Assembly (NCBI GenBank): GCA_946497695.1
Contig: CAMMLJ010000004.1
Coordinates: forward strand, 1,793 to 65,792
DNA length: 64,000 nt
Direction: 5' to 3'
Origin: an uncultured Clostridium sp.
GTDB taxonomy: Bacteria > Bacillota > Clostridia > TANB77 > CAG-508
Shown here: one piece after another, positions 18,592-27,235 of the stretch
How positions within the stretch are numbered: position 1 is the stretch's first letter
Layout: every line of letters starts with the position of its first letter
Program-made: the position numbers and the translations under genes
Notes under the pieces: model-generated
Database searches by the model: none
The model's input: the letters and a program-made list of their open reading frames with translations, nothing else
Told to the model about the DNA's origin: nothing

Positions 18592-19596
18592 CTAAATTTC
18601 TATGCTAACAGCATGTGCAATTCCAGGAATACTTTCACCTTGTTGTGTAGATGTAGAGTTCATTAAAGCTCCTGTAGCAATTAATAATATCTTTTTATAC
18701 TTTTTAGTTTGCAGCATATTAAATAAATACCCAGAGAATACTGTACCACAACAAGCACAACCACTTCCACCAGCATGTGTGTCTTGGGTTGCTTTATCAA
18801 AAATTAAAACTCCACAATCATTGTAGTTAGCTTTTATATTAAAACCTTTTGTTTGTGCAAGTTCAATTAAAATTTCTTTACCAACATGTCCAAGATCACC
18901 AGTTATAATTGCATCATAATAACTTGGATTTCTGCCAGTATCACTAAAGTGTGTAATTAAAGTATCTAAAGCAGCAGGTGCCATTGCAGCTCCCATATTA
19001 TTACCATCTTTAATTCCCATGTCTATAATTCTACCAGGAGTAAAATGAGTTACAAAAGGACCTGTGCCAGAAGAAGATAAAATTGCAGCACCAGAACCAG
19101 TAACGGTCCATTGGGAAGACTGAGGTCTTTGGTTTCCTAATTCTAGTGGAAATCTAAACTGTTTTTCTGCACTACAAAAGTGACTAGAAGCAGCACATAT
19201 AACATTATCAGCAGCACCACCATCAATAAATACAGAGCCTAAGCCTAAACCTTCAACAAAAGTAGAACAAGCACCAAATATACCTATAAATGGAATATTA
19301 GAATCTCGTAATCCAAAACTAGAAGAAATACATTGATTTAATAAATCACCAGCAAAACAATAATCTATACTAGAAATTGGAAGATTAGATTTTTTTACTG
19401 CAGAATAAACAGTTTCCTTTAATATTTTACTTTCGGCTTTTTCCCAAGTCTTTTCTCCCCAGAATTCATCTTCTAAGCATTTATCAAAATATTTAGCAAG
19501 AGGTCCCTCAGCTTCTTTTGGACCAACAATACATGCTGTGTCTAAAATAGTAGGAGGCTTAGTAAATTTAATAGTTTGTTTTCCTAATTTCTCCAA
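18592..19596 (-). CDS. spoVAD: stage V sporulation protein AD
   Basis: 334 aa thiolase-fold protein between spoVAC and spoVAE; typical SpoVAD N-terminus (GKQTIKF..PPTI..TACIVGPKE). Confidence 0.9.
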   Translation of the reverse strand: MEKLGKQTIKFTKPPTILDTACIVGPKEAEGPLAKYFDKCLEDEFWGEKTWEKAESKILKETVYSAVKKSNLPISSIDYCFAGDLLNQCISSSFGLRDSNIPFIGIFGACSTFVEGLGLGSVFIDGGAADNVICAASSHFCSAEKQFRFPLELGNQRPQSSQWTVTGSGAAILSSSGTGPFVTHFTPGRIIDMGIKDGNNMGAAMAPAALDTLITHFSDTGRNPSYYDAIITGDLGHVGKEILIELAQTKGFNIKANYNDCGVLIFDKATQDTHAGGSGCACCGTVFSGYLFNMLQTKKYKKILLIATGALMNSTSTQQGESIPGIAHAVSIEI

Positions 19597-19608
19597 AAAA
19601 TCATCTCC

Positions 19609-20073
19609 TTATGCTAAAGTAATACCTTGAGTATTAAATATTAAATATATAATACCAACAATAATAGAACTACAAATACCAAAAACTAAAACAGGTCCAG
19701 CAATTGTAAACATTTTACTACCAACACCCATAACATAACCTTCGGACTTATATTCTATAGAAGGTGCAACAATAGAGTTAGCAAAACCAGTAATAGGAAC
19801 TAAAGAACCTGCACCTGCGAATTTTCCTATTTTATTAAAGATATTTAAACTAGTTAAAAATGCACTAATACCTATTAAGATAATAGAAACGATAGTTCCA
19901 GAAGTCGCTTCATCAAATCCACGAGCTTTACAAATTAGTAAAATTATTTGACCAAAAGTGCAAATTAAACCTCCAACCCAGAATGCATTAAAGCAATTCT
20001 TTAATATGGGGGAATTAGGAGATTTTTTATCTACATATTCTTGATATTTTTTTTGTGTTTCTATAGGTTGCAT
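19609..20073 (-). CDS. spoVAC: stage V sporulation protein AC
   Basis: 154 aa membrane protein, FWVGGLICTFGQI...FAGAGSLVPITGFANS. Confidence 0.9.
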   Translation of the reverse strand: MQPIETQKKYQEYVDKKSPNSPILKNCFNAFWVGGLICTFGQIILLICKARGFDEATSGTIVSIILIGISAFLTSLNIFNKIGKFAGAGSLVPITGFANSIVAPSIEYKSEGYVMGVGSKMFTIAGPVLVFGICSSIIVGIIYLIFNTQGITLA

Positions 20074-20085
20074 AATTACTCCTTT

Positions 20086-20298
20086 CTACATATTAGAATG
20101 ATCTATATAAAATGTTAACTCTATTTCTGCAAAATATTCAGAAATTTTACCATCTTGAATACTTGCTGTTTGATCAATTACCTTTACTTCAGATATATAA
20201 TTAATTGTTTTTGAAGCCTCACTAATAGTTTGCACAATTGCATCTTTCCATGATATGTTAGAAGAACCTCTAACACGAATGTGTTTTTCTACAGTCAT
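20086..20298 (-). CDS. dodecin-family protein
   Basis: Start at MTVEKHIRVRGSS (GGAGG 7 nt upstream) rather than ORF-track 20340. G-SS-SWKDAI...EASKT...DGKISEY pattern matches the dodecin fold family. Confidence 0.6.
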   Translation of the reverse strand: MTVEKHIRVRGSSNISWKDAIVQTISEASKTINYISEVKVIDQTASIQDGKISEYFAEIELTFYIDHSNM

Positions 20299-20328
20299 TA
20301 CACTACCTCCTATAAATAAAATTAATAA

Positions 20329-20357
20329 TATTTTTTCCATTTAATTTAATTTTATAC
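20329..20357 (-). promoter_or_regulatory. possible forespore-type (sigma-F/G-like) promoter for the dodecin-spoVA operon
   Basis: Minus strand reads GTATA, 14 nt, GGAAAAAATA (GGnnAnAnTA-like -10). Confidence 0.3.
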
Positions 20358-20391
20358 AGTTGGATGATATAATATAAAAAAGGATTTTTAA

Positions 20392-20469
20392 GGGATTTGG
20401 GACGTTCCTTTTTTCCCTGCCCGGGATTTGAGGAACGTCCCCAAATCCCGAGGAACGTCCCCAAATCCC
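20392..20469. repeat. REP-like cluster (locus E): one forward unit facing two reverse units
   Basis: GGGATTTGGGACGTTCCTTTTTTCCCT (20392-20418), then GGGATTTGAGGAACGTCCCCAAATCCC (20423-20449) and GGAACGTCCCCAAATCCC (20452-20469). Confidence 0.9.
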
Positions 20470-20485
20470 GATGAAAGGATTGGAA

Positions 20486-21790
20486 ATGATGAAAATTGAT
20501 TTTGCACGTAATATTGCACTAAAAATTTTATATGAAATAAATACAAAACAAGCATATTCAAATATAGTGTTAGATAAATATATAAATGAAAATAGAGAAA
20601 AATTAAGTAACTTGGATATAAATTTTATATCCGAGTTAGTGTATGGTGTTGTAACTTGGAAACTAACATTAGAGTATATAATTCAAAAATATTCAAAAAT
20701 AAAAATAAAGAAAATGTCTGACTGGGTAAAAAATATTTTATACTTAGGCAGTTATCAAATATTATTTTTAAATAAAGTACCAAAATCAGCAGCTGTAAAT
20801 GAAAGTGTTAATTTATGTAAAAAATATAATTTTAAATCGGTCGGATTAGTTAATGCTATTTTAAGAAAAATAGAAAAAAGTGATTATGAAGAAATAGATC
20901 ATATAACTAATAGTATTACAAGAATAAGTTTAAAATATTCTATGCCAGAATGGATAGTAAGAAAATTTTATGAAGAATATGGAGAAGAACAAGCATCCAA
21001 TATTTGCCAAAATTTAAATTTAAGACCTAATATAGCAGTTAGGGTAAATAGGCTAAAAAATAAAATTGCAATAGGAGAAAAAGGAATATTAGATGATTTT
21101 AGAATAATTACAGGAACAAAAAATATTACTAAAACTAAAGAATATATAGAAGGATATATAAATATTCAAGATGAAGCAGCAGGTTTAAGTGGTTTTATTT
21201 TAGATCCAAAAGAGGGTGAAAATGTTTTAGATGCATGTAGTGCACCTGGTGGAAAAACCACTTATTTGGCAGAACTTATGCACAATAAAGGATGCATTAT
21301 AGCATGGGATATTTATGAAGAAAGATTAAAACAAGTAAATCAAAATGCCAAAAGACTAGGAATTAATATAATACAAACAGAGTTGCATGATGCTACAAAA
21401 TTAAAAGAAGATTATGTAGAAAGATTTGATAAGATTTTACTTGATGTTCCATGTTTGGGATTAGGAGTAATTAGAAGAAAGCCAGATATAAAATGGAATA
21501 GACAAGAACGCGATATAGAAGAAATTTCTAATATTCAATTTAAGATATTAAAAACATGTTCGAAATACTTAAAAAATGATGGAGTTTTAGTATATTCTAC
21601 TTGTAGTATGCTAAAAGAAGAAAATGAGAAAATAATTGAGAAATTTATAAATGAAGAGGATTTTGAAACAATTAATGTAGATCAAAAGATTCCAAGTGAA
21701 TTTTCTAAAACAACTACTAATAATATGCTTCAATTTTTACCAAGTAAAAATCATGATGGATTTTTTATAACAATGTTAAAAAGAATATAA
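20486..21790 (+). CDS. rsmB: 16S rRNA (cytosine967-C5)-methyltransferase RsmB
   Basis: NusB-like N-domain plus SAM methyltransferase (DACSAPGGKT, LDVPCLG, YSTCS). ORF-track ATG 20471 directly abuts the repeat; ATG 20486 has a better-placed AAAGGA. Confidence 0.9.
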   Translation: MMKIDFARNIALKILYEINTKQAYSNIVLDKYINENREKLSNLDINFISELVYGVVTWKLTLEYIIQKYSKIKIKKMSDWVKNILYLGSYQILFLNKVPKSAAVNESVNLCKKYNFKSVGLVNAILRKIEKSDYEEIDHITNSITRISLKYSMPEWIVRKFYEEYGEEQASNICQNLNLRPNIAVRVNRLKNKIAIGEKGILDDFRIITGTKNITKTKEYIEGYINIQDEAAGLSGFILDPKEGENVLDACSAPGGKTTYLAELMHNKGCIIAWDIYEERLKQVNQNAKRLGINIIQTELHDATKLKEDYVERFDKILLDVPCLGLGVIRRKPDIKWNRQERDIEEISNIQFKILKTCSKYLKNDGVLVYSTCSMLKEENEKIIEKFINEEDFETINVDQKIPSEFSKTTTNNMLQFLPSKNHDGFFITMLKRI

Positions 21791-21847
21791 AGGGATATAA
21801 GATGAAACAATTCAATTAATATATATGAAATAAAAAGTGATTTAAGA

Positions 21848-22036
21848 ATGATAGAGAATTTGGTACTTAATATAAATATAGATTTTTCGCAAATAATATC
21901 AGAATTGTATTTAAATTTATCAATTGATTTAGCTTCAGTAAGTTCTTTTATAATGTCATCTGAGTTAGGTTTTGGTGGAGGATTTTCTCGTGGAGGAGGA
22001 AATGGTGCTGGAGGAGGCGCTGGTGGCGTAAGATAA
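21848..22036 (+). CDS. hypothetical small protein with glycine-rich C-terminus (uncertain whether coding)
   Basis: 62-aa ORF ending GFGGGFSRGGGNGAGGGAGGVR; weak RBS. Confidence 0.25.
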   Translation: MIENLVLNINIDFSQIISELYLNLSIDLASVSSFIMSSELGFGGGFSRGGGNGAGGGAGGVR

Positions 22037-22180
22037 AATATAATGTTACGAGAATATTACATTAATATTATGTTTGAATTAAACACCTTGACTTTTTTAC
22101 ATAAACATATAAAATATTGTTAGAAGAAAAATGCACAAGTGTTACGCAAAATACTTTTACAAAAGAAGGGAGACGTTTAT

Positions 22181-22600
22181 ATGTTAAATAAAGTAAGAGA
22201 AGAAAAGGGAATAACATTAGTGGTCTTAATAATAACAATAATTGTATTACTATGTTTAGCAGGAGTTATAGTATATTTAGTATTTGGTCAAGATGGGTTA
22301 ACAGGTAAAGATAATGCGTTAGAGGCAGAAAGAGATAAAGCATATGCTAAAGATATTGTAACAATGGCATTAAAAATAGTAGAAAAAGATCAAGAACAAG
22401 CTCAAATGAATGTTAATGGATTAGTTCAAACAAATAATACAAATCCAGATATTATAGATGAAGTTGTAAAAGCAATAGATAAGTCTTCAAACTTTAAAGA
22501 AGGAGCAGATGGAAGCTCTGTAGAATATGTTACAAATAATGGAGATAAATATGTAGTTACAATAGATACACAAAATTTAAAAGTAAAAGATGTAAATTAA
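22181..22600 (+). CDS. pilin-like protein with non-canonical prepilin-type N-terminus
   Basis: Start at MLNKVREEKG-ITLVVLIITIIVLLCLAGV after AAGGGAG. Short charged leader, Gly, then a hydrophobic helix, but no Glu at +5. Confidence 0.5.
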   Translation: MLNKVREEKGITLVVLIITIIVLLCLAGVIVYLVFGQDGLTGKDNALEAERDKAYAKDIVTMALKIVEKDQEQAQMNVNGLVQTNNTNPDIIDEVVKAIDKSSNFKEGADGSSVEYVTNNGDKYVVTIDTQNLKVKDVN

Positions 22601-22628
22601 AATTTTGTGTGAACTATTATAATTAAAA

Positions 22629-22657
22629 TTGTCAAGTGAATATTTATATGGTAGAAT
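22629..22657 (+). promoter_or_regulatory. sigma-A type promoter
   Basis: TTGTCA, 17 nt, TG-extended TAGAAT. Confidence 0.5.
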
Positions 22658-22702
22658 AGGCATATACATTAGTATATGCCTATAAAATGTTAGGAGAAAA
22701 AA

Positions 22703-23197
22703 ATGGTTAATTTAATATTTAGTATAATATATTTATTAGTTTTAATAGGTATTGCTATTATAGATAAAAAAGAACATAAGATTTCGAAAAGAATATTATT
22801 AATAGGTTTTGTTGTAGAAGCAATACAAATAATTTATTTATATGTAAATAGTAGATTTCATTTACTTGAATATTTAATTTATTTAATAATTTTTATTATA
22901 TTATTAATAATAGATACAATTATTATTAGGAAAAAGGGAGAGTCTTTATATGTACTTCAAGTATTAATGCTTTGTATGTATATGGCAATATTTACAGATA
23001 AATATATTTTTGCAATGACTGTTATATATATGCTGCTATCTATAGGTTTATATATTTTAATTGGAAGAATTTCTACAATAAGAAAAAGACGAGTAATTAA
23101 AAAACAAAATTCTAAAGAACTTGCAAAATTACCAATTGGTTTTTATTTATGCATAGCTGATATAATTGTTTTAATATATAGTATAATTCCTAATTAG
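22703..23197 (+). CDS. polytopic membrane protein, prepilin-peptidase (A24)-like but degenerate
   Basis: 164 aa. IAIIDKKEHKIS resembles the first Asp motif and LPIGFYLCIA the C-terminal IPFGPFL motif. No GxGD second Asp motif seen. Confidence 0.35.
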   Translation: MVNLIFSIIYLLVLIGIAIIDKKEHKISKRILLIGFVVEAIQIIYLYVNSRFHLLEYLIYLIIFIILLIIDTIIIRKKGESLYVLQVLMLCMYMAIFTDKYIFAMTVIYMLLSIGLYILIGRISTIRKRRVIKKQNSKELAKLPIGFYLCIADIIVLIYSIIPN

Positions 23198-23212
23198 AAA
23201 GGAGCAATAGAT

Positions 23213-24124
23213 ATGAATATAGGAATAGATATAGGTGGAAGTCATATAGGAGTAGGAATTGTAGGTTCAAGTGGAAAGATAATAAATAAAAAAGAAGTAG
23301 ATATTACAGAAAAAGATAAAAAGAATATAGAAAAAATGATTATAAATACAATTATAAATTTTATTAAATCAATTTTGAAAGAGCAAGATATAAATGTAAA
23401 AGAGATTGGTTATATAGGTATTGCTTCACCAGGGACAATAGAAAATAATTGTATATATAATGTTGTGAATTTAGGACTAGATAAATTAGATATATCAAAA
23501 TCTTTAAAAAAAGAATTTGATTTAGAAATTAAAATAAAAAATGATGCTAAATGTGCTGGAATTGCGGAAAGTATGTATGGTAGTACAAAATCAGCACAAG
23601 ATAATATATATTTATGTTTAGGTACTGGAATAGGTGGAGCTGCATTTTTAAATAACAAATTAGTTGAGCCAAAATATAGATCTGGTATGGAATTTGGACA
23701 TATGATCATCGAGAAAGATGGTAGAGACTGTAAATGTGGTAGCAAAGGATGTTTTGAAACATATTGCTCAATGAAAGTTTTAAAAAGAGAAATTATAGAG
23801 ACATTAGAATTAAATGAAAATGAAACAAGTGCAAATATTGTAAATGAAATTAGAAAACATATTAATGATTTACGAATAAAACCTTTAATTGAAGAATATA
23901 TAGAGTATTTAGCTATCGGAATTTCAAATTTAATAAATATATTTGAACCTGAGATTGTATGTATTGGTGGAAGTTTTGTTTTTATTGGTGATTTAATTAT
24001 TCCAAGACTAAAAAAAGAAATCAATGACAAAGGGCTATTATTTAATTCAAGAAAAGAAATTGAGATTGTACTTGCGAGCTTAGGTAATGATGCCGGAATT
24101 ATTGGAGCCGCAAGCTTATTATAG
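23213..24124 (+). CDS. ROK family sugar kinase (glucokinase-like)
   Basis: IGIDIGGSHIGVGIV ATP motif and ROK zinc motif GHMII...CKCGSKGCFETY. Confidence 0.85.
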   Translation: MNIGIDIGGSHIGVGIVGSSGKIINKKEVDITEKDKKNIEKMIINTIINFIKSILKEQDINVKEIGYIGIASPGTIENNCIYNVVNLGLDKLDISKSLKKEFDLEIKIKNDAKCAGIAESMYGSTKSAQDNIYLCLGTGIGGAAFLNNKLVEPKYRSGMEFGHMIIEKDGRDCKCGSKGCFETYCSMKVLKREIIETLELNENETSANIVNEIRKHINDLRIKPLIEEYIEYLAIGISNLINIFEPEIVCIGGSFVFIGDLIIPRLKKEINDKGLLFNSRKEIEIVLASLGNDAGIIGAASLL

Positions 24125-24208
24125 AAAAAAATTACTTAAATACTTGTACAAATTTTAAGATTGTGATATAAATTATGTATGGAATTTTATAAGAAAGGTG
24201 GAACATTT

Positions 24209-24937
24209 GTGGAAGGCGAAACAAATAGCGATAAAAAAACAATATTAATTGTGGATGATGAACAGCCAATAATTGATATGCTAGTATATAATTTGGAAAA
24301 AGAAGGATATAACACATTAGAAGCGACAGATGGGGAAAAAGCTGTAGATATAGCGTTAAATAACACACCTGACTTAATATTATTAGATATTATGATTCCT
24401 AAAATGGATGGTTTATCTGTTTGCAAAAGAATAAGACATACTCTAAATGTTCCAATTATAATGCTAAGTGCAAAAGGTGAAGAAATAGATAAAATATTAG
24501 GATTAGAATTAGGAGCAGATGATTATATAACAAAGCCTTTTAGCATAAGAGAGCTAATGGCAAGAATAAAAGCTAACCTAAGAAAAGGTAAAGGTAGCTA
24601 TGAAGATGGCAAAATGGAAGCAAACACTAATAAAATAATTGTAGGAGATTTACAATTAGATGTAGATAAATTCGAAACAAGAGTTAAAAATAAAGTTATA
24701 GATTTAACATTAAGAGAATTCGAAGTATTAAAATATTTAGCAAATCAATTAGGACAGGTTGTAACAAGAGAGACTCTACTAGAAAAAGTATGGGGATATG
24801 AATATTTTGGAGATATTAGAACAGTAGATGTTACTGTAAGAAGAATAAGGGAAAAGATAGAAGAAGATACATCAAATCCAAAAATATTAATAACTAAAAG
24901 AGGAGTAGGTTATTATATAGCTACAGGTGATAAATAA
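24209..24937 (+). CDS. OmpR/PhoB-family response regulator
   Basis: REC domain (ILIVDDEQPI, DLILLDIMIPKMDG, SAKGEE) plus winged-helix output (LTLREFEVLKYL...GVGY). GTG 24209 after AAAGGTGG preferred to ATG 24179. Confidence 0.9.
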   Translation: MEGETNSDKKTILIVDDEQPIIDMLVYNLEKEGYNTLEATDGEKAVDIALNNTPDLILLDIMIPKMDGLSVCKRIRHTLNVPIIMLSAKGEEIDKILGLELGADDYITKPFSIRELMARIKANLRKGKGSYEDGKMEANTNKIIVGDLQLDVDKFETRVKNKVIDLTLREFEVLKYLANQLGQVVTRETLLEKVWGYEYFGDIRTVDVTVRRIREKIEEDTSNPKILITKRGVGYYIATGDK

Positions 24938-25102
24938 ATATTAATTGTAACCAAAAATATGCTGAAGGTTATGTTGCAACAATTACAAATGAGTAAACAA
25001 AAAATCGTCGGTCAAAATATACAGGTATGTAGTCTATTTTAACTGGCGATTTTATTAGTATAAAGGAAGAATCACTAGAAGTGGTATAGCGAGGAGTAAT
25101 AA

Positions 25103-26605
25103 ATGGTAAAGAATATTCAATTAAAAATAGTATTAATATTTTTTATATTAGGAATGTTTATAATTATAGGATTAGGATTCTTTTTTACTAATTCGTTAGA
25201 AGCTATAAATACATCTATTAATACAGCGGAAATTGCAGATGTACTAGTAGAAGAAGTTAATAATATTAAAACAATATCTATGATTTCATTAGTGTTATTA
25301 GGAGTTATTAGTATTATTGTAGGAATTTTTTTATCTAAAACTGTAGTTAAGCCAATAGATAAATTAATAAAAAATGCAGAAAAATTAACATCAAAAGAAA
25401 AAACAGAACATGTAAAAAATAAAAATGAAATAGACAATTTGGCAGATACTTTTGAACAAATGACAACAAAATTACAAGATAATTTATCAGAGATTTCTAC
25501 ACAGAAAAAGCAAATGGAGACGATTCTTTTACATATGAGTGATGGTATAATTGCATTTAATATGAAAGGAAAAGTTATACTAATAAATCCAGCAGCTACA
25601 AGAGCTTTGTGCATAATGGATGAAGATACAGATTTTGAGACAATATTTAAAAATGTTAACATAGATATAAATATGGAAAAAATAATCTATTTAGAAGATT
25701 GGACATCATCAGAGCAAAAAGTTAAAGTAAAGGATAGGTATTTAAACTTAGCATTTGAAATATTAAAAGATGATCAAGATAGACCATCAGGAGTTATGGT
25801 ACTTATACAAGATATAACAGAACATGTAAAATTAGATAATATGAGAAAAGAATTTGTAGCTGATGTATCACATGAATTAAAAACGCCGATAACATCAATA
25901 ATGGGGTATGCAGATACTTTACTAGAAACTGAACATGATAAAACAATAGAAACTAAATTTTTAGGAGTAATATCTTCAGAAGCTAAAAGAATGTCAAAAT
26001 TAGTTACAGATTTATTATCACTTTCTAGATTTGATAGTAATAGGGTAAATATTGTAAAAGAGGAGTTTGATTTAGGTGAACTTGCTAAAAAATGCCAAGA
26101 AAAACTTCAAATAGAGATAGATAAAAAGCATTTACAAGTACACTGTTTAGTTACTGCAAATGTACCACCTGTATATGCTGAAAAAGATGGAATAGAAAGG
26201 GTAATTATAAACATATTATCAAATAGTATTAAATATACAAATGAAAATGGAACAATTAATATTTATGTAGGGTTTGTATATAATGATGCATACATAAAAT
26301 TTATAGATACAGGAATAGGTATTCCAGAAGAAGACTTAGAGAGAATATTTGAAAGATTTTACAGAGTAGATAAAGCAAGAACTAGAGAAATGGGAGGAAC
26401 AGGCTTAGGACTTTCTATTGCAAAAGAGATCTTAGATAGAAATAATGGAACAATAGATATAAAAAGTAAGCTAAATGAAGGAACAGAAGTTGTAATAAGA
26501 ATACCTACAAAAACAAATAATAAATTTATCCTAAAGGAGGAAGAAAACTCAAATGATGAAAAAGCTAGACAACAATCAAATATCCAGGATCAAGAAAATA
26601 ACTAA
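25103..26605 (+). CDS. sensor histidine kinase (2 TM, HAMP, PAS, HisKA, HATPase)
   Basis: H-box SHELKTPITSIMGY, N/G boxes (NSIKYT, DTGIGIP, GGTGLGLSI). Confidence 0.9.
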   Translation: MVKNIQLKIVLIFFILGMFIIIGLGFFFTNSLEAINTSINTAEIADVLVEEVNNIKTISMISLVLLGVISIIVGIFLSKTVVKPIDKLIKNAEKLTSKEKTEHVKNKNEIDNLADTFEQMTTKLQDNLSEISTQKKQMETILLHMSDGIIAFNMKGKVILINPAATRALCIMDEDTDFETIFKNVNIDINMEKIIYLEDWTSSEQKVKVKDRYLNLAFEILKDDQDRPSGVMVLIQDITEHVKLDNMRKEFVADVSHELKTPITSIMGYADTLLETEHDKTIETKFLGVISSEAKRMSKLVTDLLSLSRFDSNRVNIVKEEFDLGELAKKCQEKLQIEIDKKHLQVHCLVTANVPPVYAEKDGIERVIINILSNSIKYTNENGTINIYVGFVYNDAYIKFIDTGIGIPEEDLERIFERFYRVDKARTREMGGTGLGLSIAKEILDRNNGTIDIKSKLNEGTEVVIRIPTKTNNKFILKEEENSNDEKARQQSNIQDQENN

Positions 26606-27230
26606 AGAAATTATTGGCTGGATTATTTGTATAGTAATTGCAGTTATATTAGCTTTATTAATAAAATATTTTGTATTAACTCCAACGGTTGTAAAACAAG
26701 AATCAATGTATCCAACTTTAGAAGAAAATCAAAGATTAATTTTAAGTAGACTTGGTAGAACATTTAAACAATTACCTAAAAGAGGAGATATAATAACATT
26801 TGAGGCACCAACAGTTACGTATAGAACTGAAGAAGATACAGATATCTCTAATCCAGTAGCAATTTATGAAGAAGAAGACAGAAATATTTTGGAGAATTTT
26901 AGCTATAATGTTTTGGAAATTGGTAAGACAAGTTATATTAAAAGAGTTATAGGATTACCAGGAGACCATGTTCAAATAAAAAATGGTAAAGTATATGTAA
27001 ATGATGAAGAATTAGAAGAAAATTATCTACAGTCTGGAATTGTTACAGATGATGCAGAGGGTATATTTTCGGATATTATAGTTCCAGAAAATACAGTATT
27101 TGCAATGGGTGATAATAGAAATTCAAGTGTTGATTGTAGAGCTTTTGGATGTATTCCATTAGAAAGGATAGAGGGAAAAGTTTTAATTAGATTTTGGCCA
27201 CTAAATGAATTTGGAAAAGTGAAAAAATAG
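26553..27230 (+). CDS. lepB: signal peptidase I
   Basis: S26 motifs ESMYPTL, GDIITF, GDNRNSSVDCR. Overlaps the kinase 3' end by about 50 nt. Confidence 0.9.
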   Translation: MMKKLDNNQISRIKKITKEIIGWIICIVIAVILALLIKYFVLTPTVVKQESMYPTLEENQRLILSRLGRTFKQLPKRGDIITFEAPTVTYRTEEDTDISNPVAIYEEEDRNILENFSYNVLEIGKTSYIKRVIGLPGDHVQIKNGKVYVNDEELEENYLQSGIVTDDAEGIFSDIIVPENTVFAMGDNRNSSVDCRAFGCIPLERIEGKVLIRFWPLNEFGKVKK

Positions 27231-27235
27231 GAGGA

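Noticed and set aside
21848-22036. Glycine-rich 62-aa ORF as a double-glycine-leader bacteriocin or microcin precursor
   Set aside because: The ..SSELGFGGG segment is offset by one residue from the LSxxELxxIxGG consensus, the RBS is weak, and there is no C39-peptidase ABC exporter or immunity gene nearby. The ABC exporters at 62084-64000 have no N-terminal peptidase domain.
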